Assembly (NCBI GenBank): GCA_977017645.1
Contig: OZ360227.1
Coordinates: 88,474,001 to 88,538,000 of the forward strand
DNA length: 64,000 nt
Direction: 5' to 3'
Source: Torpedo marmorata
Lineage: Eukaryota
In this document: positions 61,986 through 64,000 of the stretch, piece by piece
Numbering within the stretch: the first letter of the stretch is position 1
Layout: each line of letters opens with the position of its first letter
Made by a program: the position numbers and the translations under genes
Notes under the pieces: model-generated
The model's database searches: none
What the model saw: only the letters and a program-made list of their open reading frames with translations
Told to the model about the DNA's origin: nothing

Positions 61986-63609
61986 ATTCTCTCTCTCCTC
62001 CAACTCTCTGGTTCCCCTCTCTTTGGCAACAGGAGATTCACCAGTGCCCTGCAAATACGTTAAAAAAAAGAGAGATGCACTTGGAGGCTACATCCAAAAC
62101 ACTTGTATGATGATACATCAACACAGGTGTTAATGAGGGTGTCTACAGTTAACCAAATCAAAAGGGATATAACAATGACAATGGTACATTGTTAGCGAGC
62201 ATACATGTTGGATTGCTACTTGCTTTTACCGTTGAAGTAATCTGTGGTTTGGTGGAATACACAAATGTGCTGGAGAAACTCAGCAGCATCCTTAGGAAGT
62301 AAAGGGTAACCAAAGCTTTGGGCCTGGGCCCTTCGTCAGGCATGCTTCATGGCCTGCTGAGTTTCTCCAGCACATTTGTGTATTGCACTCAACCTCAATA
62401 ACTGCAGACTTTCTTGTTTGTGGAATTTCTGCAAATGTAGGATGGTCTCCTCAGTCTTGGTCAAGTGCTGCCCTTCAAGAGGTCTTCCATCCCTTTGGGT
62501 AGTCTCCTCTTATTCCTTATTGTCTGACTGGAGGATTGGCAGTGTGGCATGGTATGGTGTTTGAATAAGCATCGACAAGGAAGAGCAGCATTTGTATTGG
62601 CCTGGGGCTCACACTGACACATCCTGTAAGGTCATCACATTTCTTCTGGCATTGATCCACTGTGTTGGGATTCTTGCTGCTGGAGGAGACAATTCTCGCC
62701 ACCTTCTATAAGACTCGTCTATTAGCAAACCTCACATTTCCTGGCTCCTTGGGGCACAGAATTTCCCTTATGTATCAAAGTCCTGCTCATGGCTTCGACT
62801 TCTGTCAGAAGGAATTGTGAGTTCTCTGCCGGTCTCTTCCATTGCAGCCATAATTGTGTGTTGTTGCTGCTTGGTATCATGGGGAGTGTGTCTTTAAGGG
62901 CTGACTCCCTACTGCCATTGATGCCCAGCAAGGTGTCAGCAGCTGTCCTGAGGAGATCGTGGTCCTGTAGGGAAGGCACTTGGGCCCGTTTCAGTCTTCC
63001 TTTCTGGATGTAAACCACCATAACGTTGTGTCAAATGTCATTTTGGCCAACTTTATCACTGTTTAGTGGGGTCTGGCTCAGTACTAGCACAAATGGCTTC
63101 ATGCAACAAAAACAGGCAAAATCAGCTATGACTTTAGGTGCACCAGGCAATGGTTCACCTCTGGTTAATGCTGCAAAGTGACAAGAATATTTGAACTGAC
63201 TTACCTCCAATATTCAGCAGCATTGTTCTTCAATAAAAACAGAATCTTGCAATATGAGCAGGAAATGAATTTTTCAAACAGTACCATTTGCAAAAGTAAA
63301 TGAATAGCATTTTCAAATAAGTATTGTTAATTCACTTTGTATTTTCAACCACACAACTGATTAACTCTCTTGCTGAATTTATGCTGATAACAAACACACC
63401 TTTAGAGGAGTTGAACCCCCTTTCAATATGACTGTTTTTTTGCAGGTACAGTAATACATCAGAGTGTGCATTGCAGTTTAATTGCTTGAACAATAACTCA
63501 GAATCATAATTAAATACAAACCATAGTGGCAATGCTAGGATGCCCATTGCTTAGTTGTAAACATAAAAATAATCTGTAAGCACTCCTACTGATCTGCTGG
63601 AATTTAAAA

Positions 63610-63872
63610 AGTTTAAAAAAAAAATTTAGACATACAGCACGGTAACAGGCCATTTCGGCCCATGGGTCCGTGCCACCCAATTTACACCCAATTAACCTAC
63701 ATTCCCGGTACGTTTCGAACGGTGAGAGGAAACCGGAGCCCCCGGGAAAAACCCACACAGACATAGGGAAAATGTACAAACTCCTTACAGACAGCGTGGG
63801 ATTTGAACCCCAGTCCCGATTGATGGCACTGTAAAGGCGTTGTGCTAACCGCTACGCCAACCGTGCCGCCCC
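63610..63872 (-). mobile_element. V-SINE-type SINE
   Basis: Reverse-complement homologue of 59408-59660. Confidence 0.8.
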
Positions 63873-64000
63873 TTGTTTTGAGGTTGTAGCTCGCAGAATC
63901 CATAAGGAGGAACCAGGTGATGTAAATTTGGAAAGCCTTTGATAAGGTGCCATACAAGAGATATTAAAGAAAACTAGAGCACTTGGAATTAGGAATAATA

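Overview
This is vertebrate genomic DNA, most likely a cartilaginous fish (ray or shark); that is inferred from the repeat content (CR1, L1, Rex1/Babar-like LINEs, Penelope-like elements, V-SINEs). The one clear host gene is the 5' end of SATB2 on the minus strand: a first coding exon (16548-16725 coding) and a 177-nt ubiquitin-like-domain exon (12432-12608). Later exons were not found and probably lie left of the window. Upstream (about 16-31 kb) is a long CpG-retaining, repeat-poor regulatory domain with candidate 5' exons. The rest is mostly transposon-derived, including a young L1 with an intact 1261-aa ORF2, three other L1 insertions with TSDs, a solo LTR and a 45-bp derivative of it, a Tc1/mariner-type MITE, a tRNA-Thr-headed SINE and a 22-bp minisatellite. 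I cannot demonstrate a wholly new biological system. The best leads are an upstream exon that could splice in frame to extend SATB2 by 105 aa, a three-segment L1 that captured an inverted copy of its own target flank, a non-canonical L1 target consensus, the 45-bp LTR-ends element, and a tandem hairpin array. Boundaries of old repeats are approximate.
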